Shown here piece after piece: positions 36,721-46,649 of a stretch of DNA of 64,000 nt. The stretch is taken from contig CALSQM010000003.1 of assembly GCA_943788515.1 (NCBI GenBank), positions 87,228-151,227 on the forward strand, in the 5' to 3' direction. Below the pieces are notes generated by a model. The model saw only the letters and a list, made by a program, of their open reading frames with translations. It did no database searches and had not been told where the DNA came from. Source of the DNA: an uncultured SAR86 cluster bacterium (GTDB taxonomy: Bacteria; Pseudomonadota; Gammaproteobacteria; Magnimaribacterales; D2472). How positions within the stretch are numbered: position 1 is the first letter of the stretch; every line of letters begins with the position of its first letter. A program made the translations under genes and the position numbers.

Positions 36721-37833
36721 ATGATGAATTTTGAAGTAATAGGTCAGGCAGTAGAAAACGCAAAAATAAAAGTTGTAGGCGTAGGTGGTGCTGGTGGAAA
36801 TGCAGTTATTCATATGATTAATCATAATATAGAAGGTGTTGATTTTATTTGCGCGAATACGGACACTCAAGCATTATCAGAAGCAAATGGTGCAATTACA
36901 TTAAAATTAGGTAATGGGTTAACAAAAGGCCTTGGTGCTGGCGCTAATCCTGATGTTGGCAGAAAGGCAGCAGAAAGTGACAGACTTGCAATAGAAGAGC
37001 TCTTAGTTGGAGCAGATATGGTATTTATAACAGCAGGAATGGGAGGCGGTACTGGAACAGGAGCTGCCCCAGTAGTAGCATCTATTGCCAAAGAATTGGG
37101 TGCACTTACAGTAGCAGTGGTCACAAAACCATTTAAGTTTGAAGGTAAAAAAAGAATGTCTGCAGCTGAAAAGGGCCTAGCCTCATTAGTAGAGGAAGTT
37201 GATAGTCTTGTCACAATACCAAATCAAAAACTTTATGAAATTCTTGGAGAAGATACTCCTATGCAAGATGCTTTTGCAAAAGCAGATGATGTTTTAAAAG
37301 GTGCGGTTCAAGGGATATCAGATATTATTATGAAAAAAGGTCACATTAATGTTGACTTTGCAGATGTTAAAACTGTTATGTCAGAAAAAGGCATCGCTAT
37401 GATGGGAACAGGACGAGCAAGTGGAAAAAATAGAGCAGAAGCAGCAGCAACCCAAGCCGTTAAAAGTGAGTTACTTGAGGATATCAACCTTAAGAATGCA
37501 AGAGGTGTTCTCGTTAATATTACTGCTGCAAAACCAACTCTTGGTGACCAAACTGAAGTAGCAGATATTGTCGAAGAAATAATACATGAAGAAGCAAATA
37601 TTATTTATGGTCTAGTTTATGATGAAACTGTTGATGATGATTTATTAGTAACGATAGTCGCAACAGGTGTAGATCAGAGAGCTCCCAAATTAGTAATAGA
37701 TAACCAGCCATCAATTCAATTAAATCCAGTAGGGTTAAGAAGAGATGACCTAGATCAAAAAGGGGGCACATCGTCTGCAGCGGAAATTGATTTCCTTGAT
37801 GTGCCAACTTTTATGCGAAAACAAGTAGATTGA
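36721..37833 (+). CDS. ftsZ: Cell division protein FtsZ
   Basis: GGGTGTG tubulin signature, NVDFADV, C-terminal LDVPTFMRKQ. Confidence 0.99.
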   Translation: MMNFEVIGQAVENAKIKVVGVGGAGGNAVIHMINHNIEGVDFICANTDTQALSEANGAITLKLGNGLTKGLGAGANPDVGRKAAESDRLAIEELLVGADMVFITAGMGGGTGTGAAPVVASIAKELGALTVAVVTKPFKFEGKKRMSAAEKGLASLVEEVDSLVTIPNQKLYEILGEDTPMQDAFAKADDVLKGAVQGISDIIMKKGHINVDFADVKTVMSEKGIAMMGTGRASGKNRAEAAATQAVKSELLEDINLKNARGVLVNITAAKPTLGDQTEVADIVEEIIHEEANIIYGLVYDETVDDDLLVTIVATGVDQRAPKLVIDNQPSIQLNPVGLRRDDLDQKGGTSSAAEIDFLDVPTFMRKQVD

Positions 37834-37834
37834 T

Positions 37835-38728
37835 ATGCTTCATTTTCCAGTATTACTGGAAGAGTCTTTAGATTTTCTCATCCACAAAAAAAATGGTAAA
37901 TATGTAGACTGCACATATGGAAGAGGCGGTCACACTCAATCTATTTTAAAAAGAATAGATGCCGATGCTCAACTAACCTCATTCGATAAAGATTTAGATG
38001 CATTTAATCATGCATCACTCATTAAAAATAAAAATTTTAATGCAATCCATAATTCGTTCAATAAATTAGAAAATACTTTTGATAAGGAAACTATTGATGG
38101 AATTCTATACGATTTAGGAACTTGCTCCACTCATTTTGATGAAGGCAATAGAGGTTTTAGTTTCCTCCATGATGGTCCTTTAGATATGAGATTTAATGTC
38201 ACGAAGGGTGTGCCGTTATCAGCATGGCTTAAAAAAGCAACTCAAAAAGAAATTATGGATATTTTATATAAATATGGAGATGAAAAACATGCAAAAATCA
38301 TCTCAAGTTCAATTTTAGATCATAGATCAAAAAATGAAATTAAATCCACTATTCAGCTAGCAAATATTATTGAAGATATATATCCAGAAAAAAGAAAAAA
38401 AATTCATCCAGCTACTAAATCTTTTCAAGCCTTCAGAATACATATCAATAATGAGTTAGGGGAACTTAAACAATCCCTGGAACAAGCTAGTAATATTCTT
38501 GTCAAAAACGGTATCATTGTTGTAATTTCTTTCCATTCTCTGGAAGATAATATAGTGAAAGAATTTTTTAAACCAAGCGTAATGAATTTCCCTAAAGATA
38601 TTCCTTTAAACACAATAGAAGAAAAAGACTTTAAATGCATCGCCAAAAAAATCAGGCCCACAGAAGAGGAGGTTGCTTTAAATAAGCGCTCAAGAAGTGC
38701 AATTATGAGAGTTTTTAAAAAAATATAA
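37835..38728 (+). CDS. rsmH: 16S rRNA C1402 N4-methyltransferase (MraW)
   Basis: HFPVLL, DCTYGRGGH, RGFSF..DGPLDMR, HPATKSFQA.RI, SFHSLED. Confidence 0.97.
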   Translation: MLHFPVLLEESLDFLIHKKNGKYVDCTYGRGGHTQSILKRIDADAQLTSFDKDLDAFNHASLIKNKNFNAIHNSFNKLENTFDKETIDGILYDLGTCSTHFDEGNRGFSFLHDGPLDMRFNVTKGVPLSAWLKKATQKEIMDILYKYGDEKHAKIISSSILDHRSKNEIKSTIQLANIIEDIYPEKRKKIHPATKSFQAFRIHINNELGELKQSLEQASNILVKNGIIVVISFHSLEDNIVKEFFKPSVMNFPKDIPLNTIEEKDFKCIAKKIRPTEEEVALNKRSRSAIMRVFKKI

Positions 38729-39012
38729 TGAGTAAATTAAATAATATTATTTTATTATTCTTGTTATTTGTGGTTTGTTTTATTTCTCTGGAACAGATCA
38801 AATTATCTTTTGAAATAAGTAGATTGCATTCAAATCAGGAGAATTTAAGAAAAGAATATGAAGATTTTAAAGATACGAATCTTAAGTTAATTACTCAATT
38901 TAATACAAATAACTCACCTGCAAGTATCGAAAAATCTGCAAAAGAAGAGCTTGGCATGATTAAGAAAAAAGCAAAAAAAATATATATTAAATATTCAGAT
39001 GAAGAAAATTAG
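38728..39012 (+). CDS. ftsL: Cell division protein FtsL
   Basis: TM plus coiled coil, IEKSAKEELGM; between rsmH and ftsI. Confidence 0.85.
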   Translation: MSKLNNIILLFLLFVVCFISLEQIKLSFEISRLHSNQENLRKEYEDFKDTNLKLITQFNTNNSPASIEKSAKEELGMIKKKAKKIYIKYSDEEN

Positions 39013-40618
39013 TATTATAAATTGGCGCTTTATTTTAGTATGTTCTTTTTTTGGTTTATCTATTTTTGCTATTGCCTACAAAATTATTTCTTTGCAAATA
39101 GATGACAGTATTTTTTTAAAAAATGAAGGTAAGAAAAAATATGTAAAGTATAGAAATATTAACCCAGTTAGAGGAACTATTTACGATAGAAATAACTTCC
39201 CATTGGCTGTTTCTATTATTAACTATGACCTTTATGCGCTTAAAGGTTTAGAGTTAGCAAAATTTATATCGATTAAAGATCTTATCTCCCTAGATGAGGG
39301 TTTCAATATTAATGAATCCTTCTCAAAGAAAACTTTAATTAAAAAAGGGCTATCTAGAGACGAGCAGTTAATTATTGAAACTCTTCAAAATAATAGACTT
39401 GAAGTTGAAGTAAGGCATAGTAGACATTATCCATTAGGAGACCAAATAGCACCGCTTGTAGGTTTTTATGGCAAAGACAGAGCACAAGAAGGTCTTGAAA
39501 AAAGCTATGACTCTGTACTTTCTGGTAAAAATGGCAAGGAGAAATTTTATAAGAACGCTAAACAAAAGATTATCTCCAAACCAATCGAGGTAGATAGAGC
39601 TATCCAAGGAAGGGATATAGTACTGACTATAGATTCCACTATACAATTCTATGCTTATAAGTTTTTAGCGGAAGCCATTAAAGAAAATAAAGCTAAGGCA
39701 GGCACAGCTCTTGTATTTGATAATATGAGTGGAGAGGTCTTAGCTGTTGCTAGCTATCCCTCATATAATCCAAATGACCCTGGCAGGGTAATACAGAAAA
39801 ATAGAGCGCTTATAGATGCATACGAGTTAGGGTCAGTACTTAAGCCAATCCTACTTTCCTCAGCAATTGATAATAATATTTTCGATCCTGATATACCTAT
39901 TGAAATTCCAAGAAGGTTAAAGATAAATGATAAAATTATCAGCGACTATAGAAGTTATGAGGAACTTACACCCAAACAAGTAATTGCTTATTCAAGTCAA
40001 GTTGGAGCTTCCAAAATTGCTATTATGCTTGGTTATGAGAAACTAAAAAATGCTTACTATAATTTTGGTTTCGGTAAACCAATATCAATAAACTTTCCCT
40101 CATCGGCATTCGGATTAATGAACATAAAGGATAAAATATCAGACAAGGAGCTAGCAAGCCTGGGTTATGGTTACGGACTAACCATTAGCCCTTTTCAGAT
40201 AACTTCAGCGTATTCTGTATTTGCAAACAAAGGTATATATAAAGATTTTAAGATACTGAAGAGTGATGAAGTGGAGCAACGCAGAGTTATCTCTAAAAAT
40301 TCTGCAAAACATACTTTGGAAGCTCTAAAAGAGGTAGTTCATATTGGAACTGGAAAAAATGCAGATATTAATGGCTATACTGAGGGAGGTAAAACTGGCA
40401 CAGTTCATAAAACATCTTACGGTAATGGCTATGCCGAAGATTCATATAGAGCTTCATTTGTTGGCATAGCTCCCCTCTCTGATAAGTCACTAACAATTTT
40501 TGTCTCAATCGATGAGCCTGGTTTAAATGCATACTCAGGTGGAATGATTGCAGCTCCATTATTTAAAAAAATAGCTGATAGCTCTCTAAACTATCTTGGA
40601 TATTCAGAAGATGAATAG
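38999..40618 (+). CDS. ftsI: Penicillin-binding protein 3
   Basis: RGTIYDRN, R.YP.G, GLE, GSVLK (SxxK), KTGT. Confidence 0.95.
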   Translation: MKKISIINWRFILVCSFFGLSIFAIAYKIISLQIDDSIFLKNEGKKKYVKYRNINPVRGTIYDRNNFPLAVSIINYDLYALKGLELAKFISIKDLISLDEGFNINESFSKKTLIKKGLSRDEQLIIETLQNNRLEVEVRHSRHYPLGDQIAPLVGFYGKDRAQEGLEKSYDSVLSGKNGKEKFYKNAKQKIISKPIEVDRAIQGRDIVLTIDSTIQFYAYKFLAEAIKENKAKAGTALVFDNMSGEVLAVASYPSYNPNDPGRVIQKNRALIDAYELGSVLKPILLSSAIDNNIFDPDIPIEIPRRLKINDKIISDYRSYEELTPKQVIAYSSQVGASKIAIMLGYEKLKNAYYNFGFGKPISINFPSSAFGLMNIKDKISDKELASLGYGYGLTISPFQITSAYSVFANKGIYKDFKILKSDEVEQRRVISKNSAKHTLEALKEVVHIGTGKNADINGYTEGGKTGTVHKTSYGNGYAEDSYRASFVGIAPLSDKSLTIFVSIDEPGLNAYSGGMIAAPLFKKIADSSLNYLGYSEDE

Positions 40619-42107
40619 TTTAGAAAAAATATTAGGAATTAATTTTCCAAAAAATATAAACATTAATGGAGTTACCAATAACTCTCATAATGTTAAAGAT
40701 GGGTTTGTTTTCTTTGCACTTGATGGCTTGCATGCTCACGGAAGTAAATATATTTCACATGCAATTGACCTTGGTGCCTCAATGGTCATTCATAATGATT
40801 TGGAATATTTATCCAATAAAGAAAATATTATTTATGTTGAAGACTTATGTATTTTTGATTCATTTACTCAAAAAAATAAAGTTTTTTTATTTTTAGAGGA
40901 ATTCTATAAACTTGTTGATATTCAAAGTAAAAATAATTACTTTGCCTTTACTGGAACAAATGGGAAAACATCTACTGCATACTTAACCCATCAAATGTTG
41001 GTAAAAAGTGGATATGAATCAATTTATATAGGAACACTGGGAACAAAATATAATTATGAAGAAATAAATAAAAGCATATCTTCAAAAACAACACCTGATA
41101 TTTTTGAATTTTTTAAAATTTTTAGTTTTTATAATTTCAATGACTCAGTATCAGTTTGCATTGAGATATCTTCACATGCACTATCTCAAGAAAGGCTCAA
41201 AGGTATTTCTTTTTATAATTCAGCAGCTCTTCTTAATATTGGAACAGACCATCTCGATTACCACGGCAGCTTAAAAGAATACACCGATATAAAGTTTCAA
41301 ATATTTAACCCTTCCAGTCCACTAATGTTGATAAATGAGGATCTCGCTCTACTTAAAGATAAACATGAGTATCTAAAAAATTCTAAACACCAGCTAACAA
41401 CAATAAGTAAAAAAAATAAGTCTGCTGATATCTATTACGAAATAGTTTCTATTGATAAAGAGCAATCTTTATTCAATATCATGATAAATAATCCTCCAAT
41501 AGGTTATTTTCCTTCATCCAATCAGACATATAAATTTTCTTGCAATCTATTCCCTGAGTTTAATATTGAAAATTTAGTATTTGGAATATGCTCTATTGGC
41601 TTTGCTGATTTTTCACAAATAAAAATAAACGATCTTAATTATCTAACCCTCCCCAAAGGAAGAACCGAATTAATTAATAATATACCTGCAAATGTAATAA
41701 TTGATTTTGCTCATAATGCAGAAGGAATAGAATTATTTTTATTATCAATCAAAAACTACTTTAAAAAAATTGTTGTCGTATTTGGGTGCGGGGGTGACAG
41801 AGATAAATTAAAAAGACCTAAAATGATGAAAGCTGCAATAGACAATGCTAGTAAAATAATTTTTACTTCTGACAATTCTAGAAATGAAAGTTTTAATTCA
41901 ATTTTTAATGATGCTCTTAAAGGAAATGATCATGAAAAAGTTATTTCAATAGAAGACAGAAGAGAGGCAATTATTCAAGGTAGTAAGCTAATAGATAAAG
42001 ATGATTGCTTAGTTATACTTGGAAAGGGACATGAAGTGACTCAAGAGGCATCTGGTAAAAAAGTTTTTTTTAGTGATCATGGAGTGGTAAATGAAATTTA
42101 TAAGTAA
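40611..42107 (+). CDS. murE: UDP-MurNAc-dipeptide:meso-DAP ligase (start probably 40611)
   Basis: TGTNGKTST, TTPD, EISSHAL, DHLDYH, DFAHN, GCGGDRD, DNSR, GKGHE. Confidence 0.95.
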   Translation: MNSLEKILGINFPKNININGVTNNSHNVKDGFVFFALDGLHAHGSKYISHAIDLGASMVIHNDLEYLSNKENIIYVEDLCIFDSFTQKNKVFLFLEEFYKLVDIQSKNNYFAFTGTNGKTSTAYLTHQMLVKSGYESIYIGTLGTKYNYEEINKSISSKTTPDIFEFFKIFSFYNFNDSVSVCIEISSHALSQERLKGISFYNSAALLNIGTDHLDYHGSLKEYTDIKFQIFNPSSPLMLINEDLALLKDKHEYLKNSKHQLTTISKKNKSADIYYEIVSIDKEQSLFNIMINNPPIGYFPSSNQTYKFSCNLFPEFNIENLVFGICSIGFADFSQIKINDLNYLTLPKGRTELINNIPANVIIDFAHNAEGIELFLLSIKNYFKKIVVVFGCGGDRDKLKRPKMMKAAIDNASKIIFTSDNSRNESFNSIFNDALKGNDHEKVISIEDRREAIIQGSKLIDKDDCLVILGKGHEVTQEASGKKVFFSDHGVVNEIYK

Positions 42108-43428
42108 TTCAAATGATGTATCAAAATTTTTAGACATCTCAGTAAAAAAAAATATTCCCATAAAAAGTATTTCTACTGATACAAGAACCTTAAAAAAAAA
42201 TTCATTATTTATAGCTATTAAGGGTAATAGTTTTAATGGCAACAAATATGTGAATACGGCAATTAAAAAAGGCGCGTCACTTGTAATCGCTGACGGAAAA
42301 GAGTTTAAGGATTCTAAAAACAAGCAAATCATATATGTGCCTGATTCTATAAAAGCTTTAAAAAAAATATCAAAAAATATAATAAGTAGTTTTGAAGGTG
42401 AAATAGTTGGCATTACTGGGAGTAATGGAAAGACATCAACAACTAGCATGGTCTATCAATGCTTGAAGGGTAGTTCAAGCACCATAAAAAATTTTAATAA
42501 TGAAATAGGAATGCCCCTGAGCATAATGAATGCAAAAAGAGCCTCTACCAGCTTGGTAATGGAAATGGGTGCTGCTAATTTCGGCGATATACATTATTTA
42601 AGTTCTTTCCTTAAGCCTGATGTTGGAGTGATTACTAATATTGGCAGTTCCCATCTTGAAAGCCTAAAAAACATCAATGGGGTTTTTAAGGTTAAATCAG
42701 AGATGATATCTAATATTAAAAAAAATGGATGTTTGGTCATACCATCTGAAAATAAAAACCATCAAAATCAGTGGAGAGAGATGAGGAATGATATTTCTAT
42801 TATTACTTTTGGGCTGAGTAAAGATTCTGATTTTTATGCAGCAGATATAAAATATAGTATCAATAAAACATCTTTCACAATTTTGTCTACAAAACATAAT
42901 GTTAAGCAAAGAATAAACTCAAATCTCGCTGGAGAGCACAATGTTAAAAATATTTTAGCTACTTTCTCAGTATTATTCTTTTTAAATAAGTCAGAAAAAG
43001 ATATCGTAAAAAATGTTAAAAATATTAAGTTAATGGGCAGACAAGATCAATTCAGCTGGATTAATAAGTCAACACTAATAGATGATACTTATAATGCAAA
43101 CCCAGATTCTGTAAAAAAATCAATTGACCTTTTATCAAACTCCAAAAAAAGAAAAGTATTAGTTTTAGGAGATATGCTTGAATTAGGTAGAATGAGAAAG
43201 CACATGCATAAAAAGATTGGGAATTATGCATCACATAAAAAAATAGATATTTTGCTTGGTTTTGGTGATTTAACAAAATATGCTGTTGATGCATTTGGAA
43301 AAAATGGTGTGTTTTTTAGTAATGAAAATGAGTTAAAAATTTTCTTAAAACAAAATATATCATCAGATGATGTTGTACTTTTAAAAGGCTCTAGAGGCAT
43401 GCAAATGGAAAAATTTATAAATGTTTGA
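42091..43428 (+). CDS. murF: UDP-MurNAc-tripeptide:D-Ala-D-Ala ligase
   Basis: TGSNGKTST, NNEIGMP, DDTYNANP, GDMLELG, KGSRG. Confidence 0.96.
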   Translation: MKFISNSNDVSKFLDISVKKNIPIKSISTDTRTLKKNSLFIAIKGNSFNGNKYVNTAIKKGASLVIADGKEFKDSKNKQIIYVPDSIKALKKISKNIISSFEGEIVGITGSNGKTSTTSMVYQCLKGSSSTIKNFNNEIGMPLSIMNAKRASTSLVMEMGAANFGDIHYLSSFLKPDVGVITNIGSSHLESLKNINGVFKVKSEMISNIKKNGCLVIPSENKNHQNQWREMRNDISIITFGLSKDSDFYAADIKYSINKTSFTILSTKHNVKQRINSNLAGEHNVKNILATFSVLFFLNKSEKDIVKNVKNIKLMGRQDQFSWINKSTLIDDTYNANPDSVKKSIDLLSNSKKRKVLVLGDMLELGRMRKHMHKKIGNYASHKKIDILLGFGDLTKYAVDAFGKNGVFFSNENELKIFLKQNISSDDVVLLKGSRGMQMEKFINV

Positions 43429-44506
43429 ATATTTAGGAACTATACTTGTTGATTATGATCCTGGTTTTGATGTACTAAGGTATCTTACTGTAAGGACCCT
43501 GGGAGGGGCAGTAACAGCCCTCATGATCTCTATATTAATGGGCCCATTAATTATAAAAATATTAAAGTCTATGCAATTTGAACAGCATGTTAGAACGCAA
43601 GGCCCAGAATCTCATTATAAAAAATCAGGCACACCAACAATGGGAGGTCTTCTAATTTTGTCATCATTAGTTATTTCGACACTACTTTGGGCCGACTTAA
43701 GTAATAGATATATATGGGTAGTGCTATTTGTTACGGTTTCTTTTGCAACCATTGGATTTGCAGATGATTATATTAAGATAAAGAAAAAAAGCTCTGATGG
43801 CCTGTCCTCCAAACAAAAAATTATTTTACAGACAGCTGTCTCGTTTATCTCAGTAACGTATTTATTTTATTCTGCAGAGACGGCTCCAGAAACTTCTTTT
43901 ATCGTCCCCTTTTTTAAAGATCTATTAATTCCAATAAGCCCATTTTTATTTATTTTTACCGGGATGTTTGTTCTTGTAGGGTCGTCAAATGCCGTTAATC
44001 TTACTGATGGTCTTGATGGCTTGGCCATTCTTCCTTCAGTGCTTATTGCAGGAGCTCTTGGTTTGATAGCATATAGCATGGGAAATCAAATAATTGCAGA
44101 TTACTTATACCTTCCTCATTTAAAACTTTCAGGAGAATTAATAGTATTTTGTGGTGCATTGATTGGCTCAGGTATTGGTTTTCTTTGGTACAACACGTAT
44201 CCTGCACAAATCTTTATGGGAGATATTGGATCTCTAACCCTAGGTGCTATTCTTGGGATATTAGCCATAATACTTCGGCATGAATTAGTTTTTGCAATCA
44301 TGGCTGGTGTATTTGTTATCGAAACTTTGAGTGTTGCAATTCAGGTTATCTCATTTAAAACAAGAGGGAAAAGAGTCTTTTTAATGGCACCAATTCATCA
44401 TCACTATGAATTAAAAGGCTGGCCAGAACCAAAAATTATTGTACGTTTTTGGATTATTACTCTTGTGTTAATTTTAATTGCATTAGCAACATTAAAACTT
44501 AGATAA
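43421..44506 (+). CDS. mraY: Phospho-N-acetylmuramoyl-pentapeptide transferase
   Basis: GTPTMGG, DDY.K, NAVNLTDGLDGL, FMGD.GS, APIHHHYE. Confidence 0.98.
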   Translation: MFEYLGTILVDYDPGFDVLRYLTVRTLGGAVTALMISILMGPLIIKILKSMQFEQHVRTQGPESHYKKSGTPTMGGLLILSSLVISTLLWADLSNRYIWVVLFVTVSFATIGFADDYIKIKKKSSDGLSSKQKIILQTAVSFISVTYLFYSAETAPETSFIVPFFKDLLIPISPFLFIFTGMFVLVGSSNAVNLTDGLDGLAILPSVLIAGALGLIAYSMGNQIIADYLYLPHLKLSGELIVFCGALIGSGIGFLWYNTYPAQIFMGDIGSLTLGAILGILAIILRHELVFAIMAGVFVIETLSVAIQVISFKTRGKRVFLMAPIHHHYELKGWPEPKIIVRFWIITLVLILIALATLKLR

Positions 44507-44514
44507 AATTATCA

Positions 44515-45546
44515 ATGAAATCCCTGATTTATGGCTATGGCATTACAGGAAAATCTTTTGAAAGATATTTAAAAGTAAAAAATATTGAATATGATATTTA
44601 TGACAAATCACTTGATTCAGAGATTTTAAAACTGGAGTCCTATAAAACCATATATTGTAGCCCTGGGATTGACAGGGAGACATTTAAACTTCTTAAGTCT
44701 GCAGCAGAAGTACTGACTGATTTAGACATCTTTCTTCAAGAAGACAGATCAATTAAAATTGGAGTTACTGGAACAAATAGAAAAAGCACTACTTGCTCAC
44801 ACCTTCATCAAATTTTTGAAAAGCATTCCAAGGCTAACTTAATTGGAAATATTGGAGATCCAATGTTGGACCATATCAATAATGGCTCTAAGTATTCAAT
44901 AATAGAACTTTCAAGTTTTCAGCTTGATAAAGCAAATAAGCCTGATTTAGATTTTGGTATTTTATTGAACATTACTCCTGATCACCTGGATTATCATGAG
45001 ACATTTGAAAATTACAAGAAAGCAAAGCAAAAAATACTTAATGCAAAAAACGTTTCATATGAAAGCGATCCTTTTCAACTATATCAATGGATCACAGGAA
45101 AGAATCCAAAACATCAAGATCTTAAAGATTTACCATTTAGATTTCAAAAAATAACTAATTCAATTATTAATGACTCTAAGTCCACAAATTCAAACTCATT
45201 AAACTATGCAGTGGATAAAGCTAACAAGAGCTTTGGAATGAATCAATATCATCTTCTATTATGTGGGAACCCAAAAAAAGAGCAGTTTAAAAATTTAGCT
45301 ATAGATGGGCCTGAGAGTATTTTGATATTTGGAGCTCATAAAAATGAAATAATAAAATGTATCTCTCATTCCAAAATACATATCCTTAATGATTTAAAAG
45401 AAGCTCTCCAATTCATAAGAAATATATCAATAGATTCAAACATTTTATTCTCACCTGGCTACCCAAGTGGAAAGGATTATAAAAATTTTGAAGACAGGGG
45501 TAATAAATTTAATTTACTCGTAACTAAATTATTTAATGAATCATAA
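44515..45546 (+). CDS. murD: UDP-MurNAc-L-Ala:D-Glu ligase, shortened (343 aa)
   Basis: SPGI, TGTNRKSTT, GNIG, ELSSFQL, LNITPDHLD, NDSKSTN, FEDRG..F; between mraY and ftsW. Confidence 0.92.
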   Translation: MKSLIYGYGITGKSFERYLKVKNIEYDIYDKSLDSEILKLESYKTIYCSPGIDRETFKLLKSAAEVLTDLDIFLQEDRSIKIGVTGTNRKSTTCSHLHQIFEKHSKANLIGNIGDPMLDHINNGSKYSIIELSSFQLDKANKPDLDFGILLNITPDHLDYHETFENYKKAKQKILNAKNVSYESDPFQLYQWITGKNPKHQDLKDLPFRFQKITNSIINDSKSTNSNSLNYAVDKANKSFGMNQYHLLLCGNPKKEQFKNLAIDGPESILIFGAHKNEIIKCISHSKIHILNDLKEALQFIRNISIDSNILFSPGYPSGKDYKNFEDRGNKFNLLVTKLFNES

Positions 45547-46645
45547 AGTTAACAATCTTTTTATACTGATACCTTTTATAGCATTAATGGCAATAGGAAT
45601 TACTATGGTTTCATCAGCTAGCATTTATTTTGCAGATGAAAATTATGGAAACCCATTTCACTTTGCATCAAGACAGATGCTATTTATTTCAATTGGACTA
45701 ATTTCAATGATATTTTTTTCTGTCATACCATCAGATTTTTTATTTAAATCTGATTGGGTTTTTATGCTCATTAGCATCATTCTATTATTTGTAATGTTTC
45801 TTCCAGAAGTTGGAACGACTGTGAATGGAAGTACTAGATGGATTAGAGCTGGGCCTATAAATATTCAGCCATCAGAAATATGTAAATTTAGTTTAATTTT
45901 ATATATTTCGGGATATTCAGTTAGACGTATGTCTGAGATAGATACATTAAGAAGCTTCTTAAAACCTTTATTCTTATTATTTATAATCGCTTTGTTGATT
46001 ATGAGTCAGCCAGACTTAGGATCAACTGCAATCATATGTTTATTAGTGGTGGCTATTCTTTTTTATGCTGGGATTTCATTTTTCCAATTTAGTCTTCTGT
46101 CGTTATTAATTACCTTGCTCGGATACTTGGCTGTTTATAACTCCCCATGGAGGATTGCTAGAGTTATGGCATTTAGAGACCCATTTGCTCCAGAAGTTGT
46201 AAATAATGCTGGCTGGCAGCTCTCGAATTCACTAATTGGAATAGGGCAAGGTGGGTGGTTTGGTCTTGGGATAGGCAATAGCTTCCAAAAAAACTTTTTT
46301 CTTCCAGAAGCTCATACGGATTTTATTTTTGCAATTATTGTCGAAGAATTGGGCGTTATTGGGGGATTATTTTTATTATTTCTGTTCGTAATATTATTTA
46401 TTGGCATCTTAAAAATAACTATAGATTCATTAAAAAAAGGAAGGCTATTTCAAGGATATGTTTCTTTTGGTATTTTTGTTTTGATAGCTGTGCAGGCCTT
46501 ATTTAATATAGCCGTAAATATAGGGCTGCTTCCTACAAAAGGTTTAACTTTGCCATTTATAAGCTATGGAGGAACCAGTATTATCATAATGATGTCTTTG
46601 GTAGCTATAGTTCTTAGAATTAACAATGAAAACAAATTAATATAG
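45536..46645 (+). CDS. ftsW: SEDS peptidoglycan polymerase FtsW
   Basis: NGSTRWI, QPSE, QPDLG, LPEAHTDFIF, PTKGLTLPFISYGG. Confidence 0.97.
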   Translation: MNHKVNNLFILIPFIALMAIGITMVSSASIYFADENYGNPFHFASRQMLFISIGLISMIFFSVIPSDFLFKSDWVFMLISIILLFVMFLPEVGTTVNGSTRWIRAGPINIQPSEICKFSLILYISGYSVRRMSEIDTLRSFLKPLFLLFIIALLIMSQPDLGSTAIICLLVVAILFYAGISFFQFSLLSLLITLLGYLAVYNSPWRIARVMAFRDPFAPEVVNNAGWQLSNSLIGIGQGGWFGLGIGNSFQKNFFLPEAHTDFIFAIIVEELGVIGGLFLLFLFVILFIGILKITIDSLKKGRLFQGYVSFGIFVLIAVQALFNIAVNIGLLPTKGLTLPFISYGGTSIIIMMSLVAIVLRINNENKLI

Positions 46646-46649
46646 GTAT

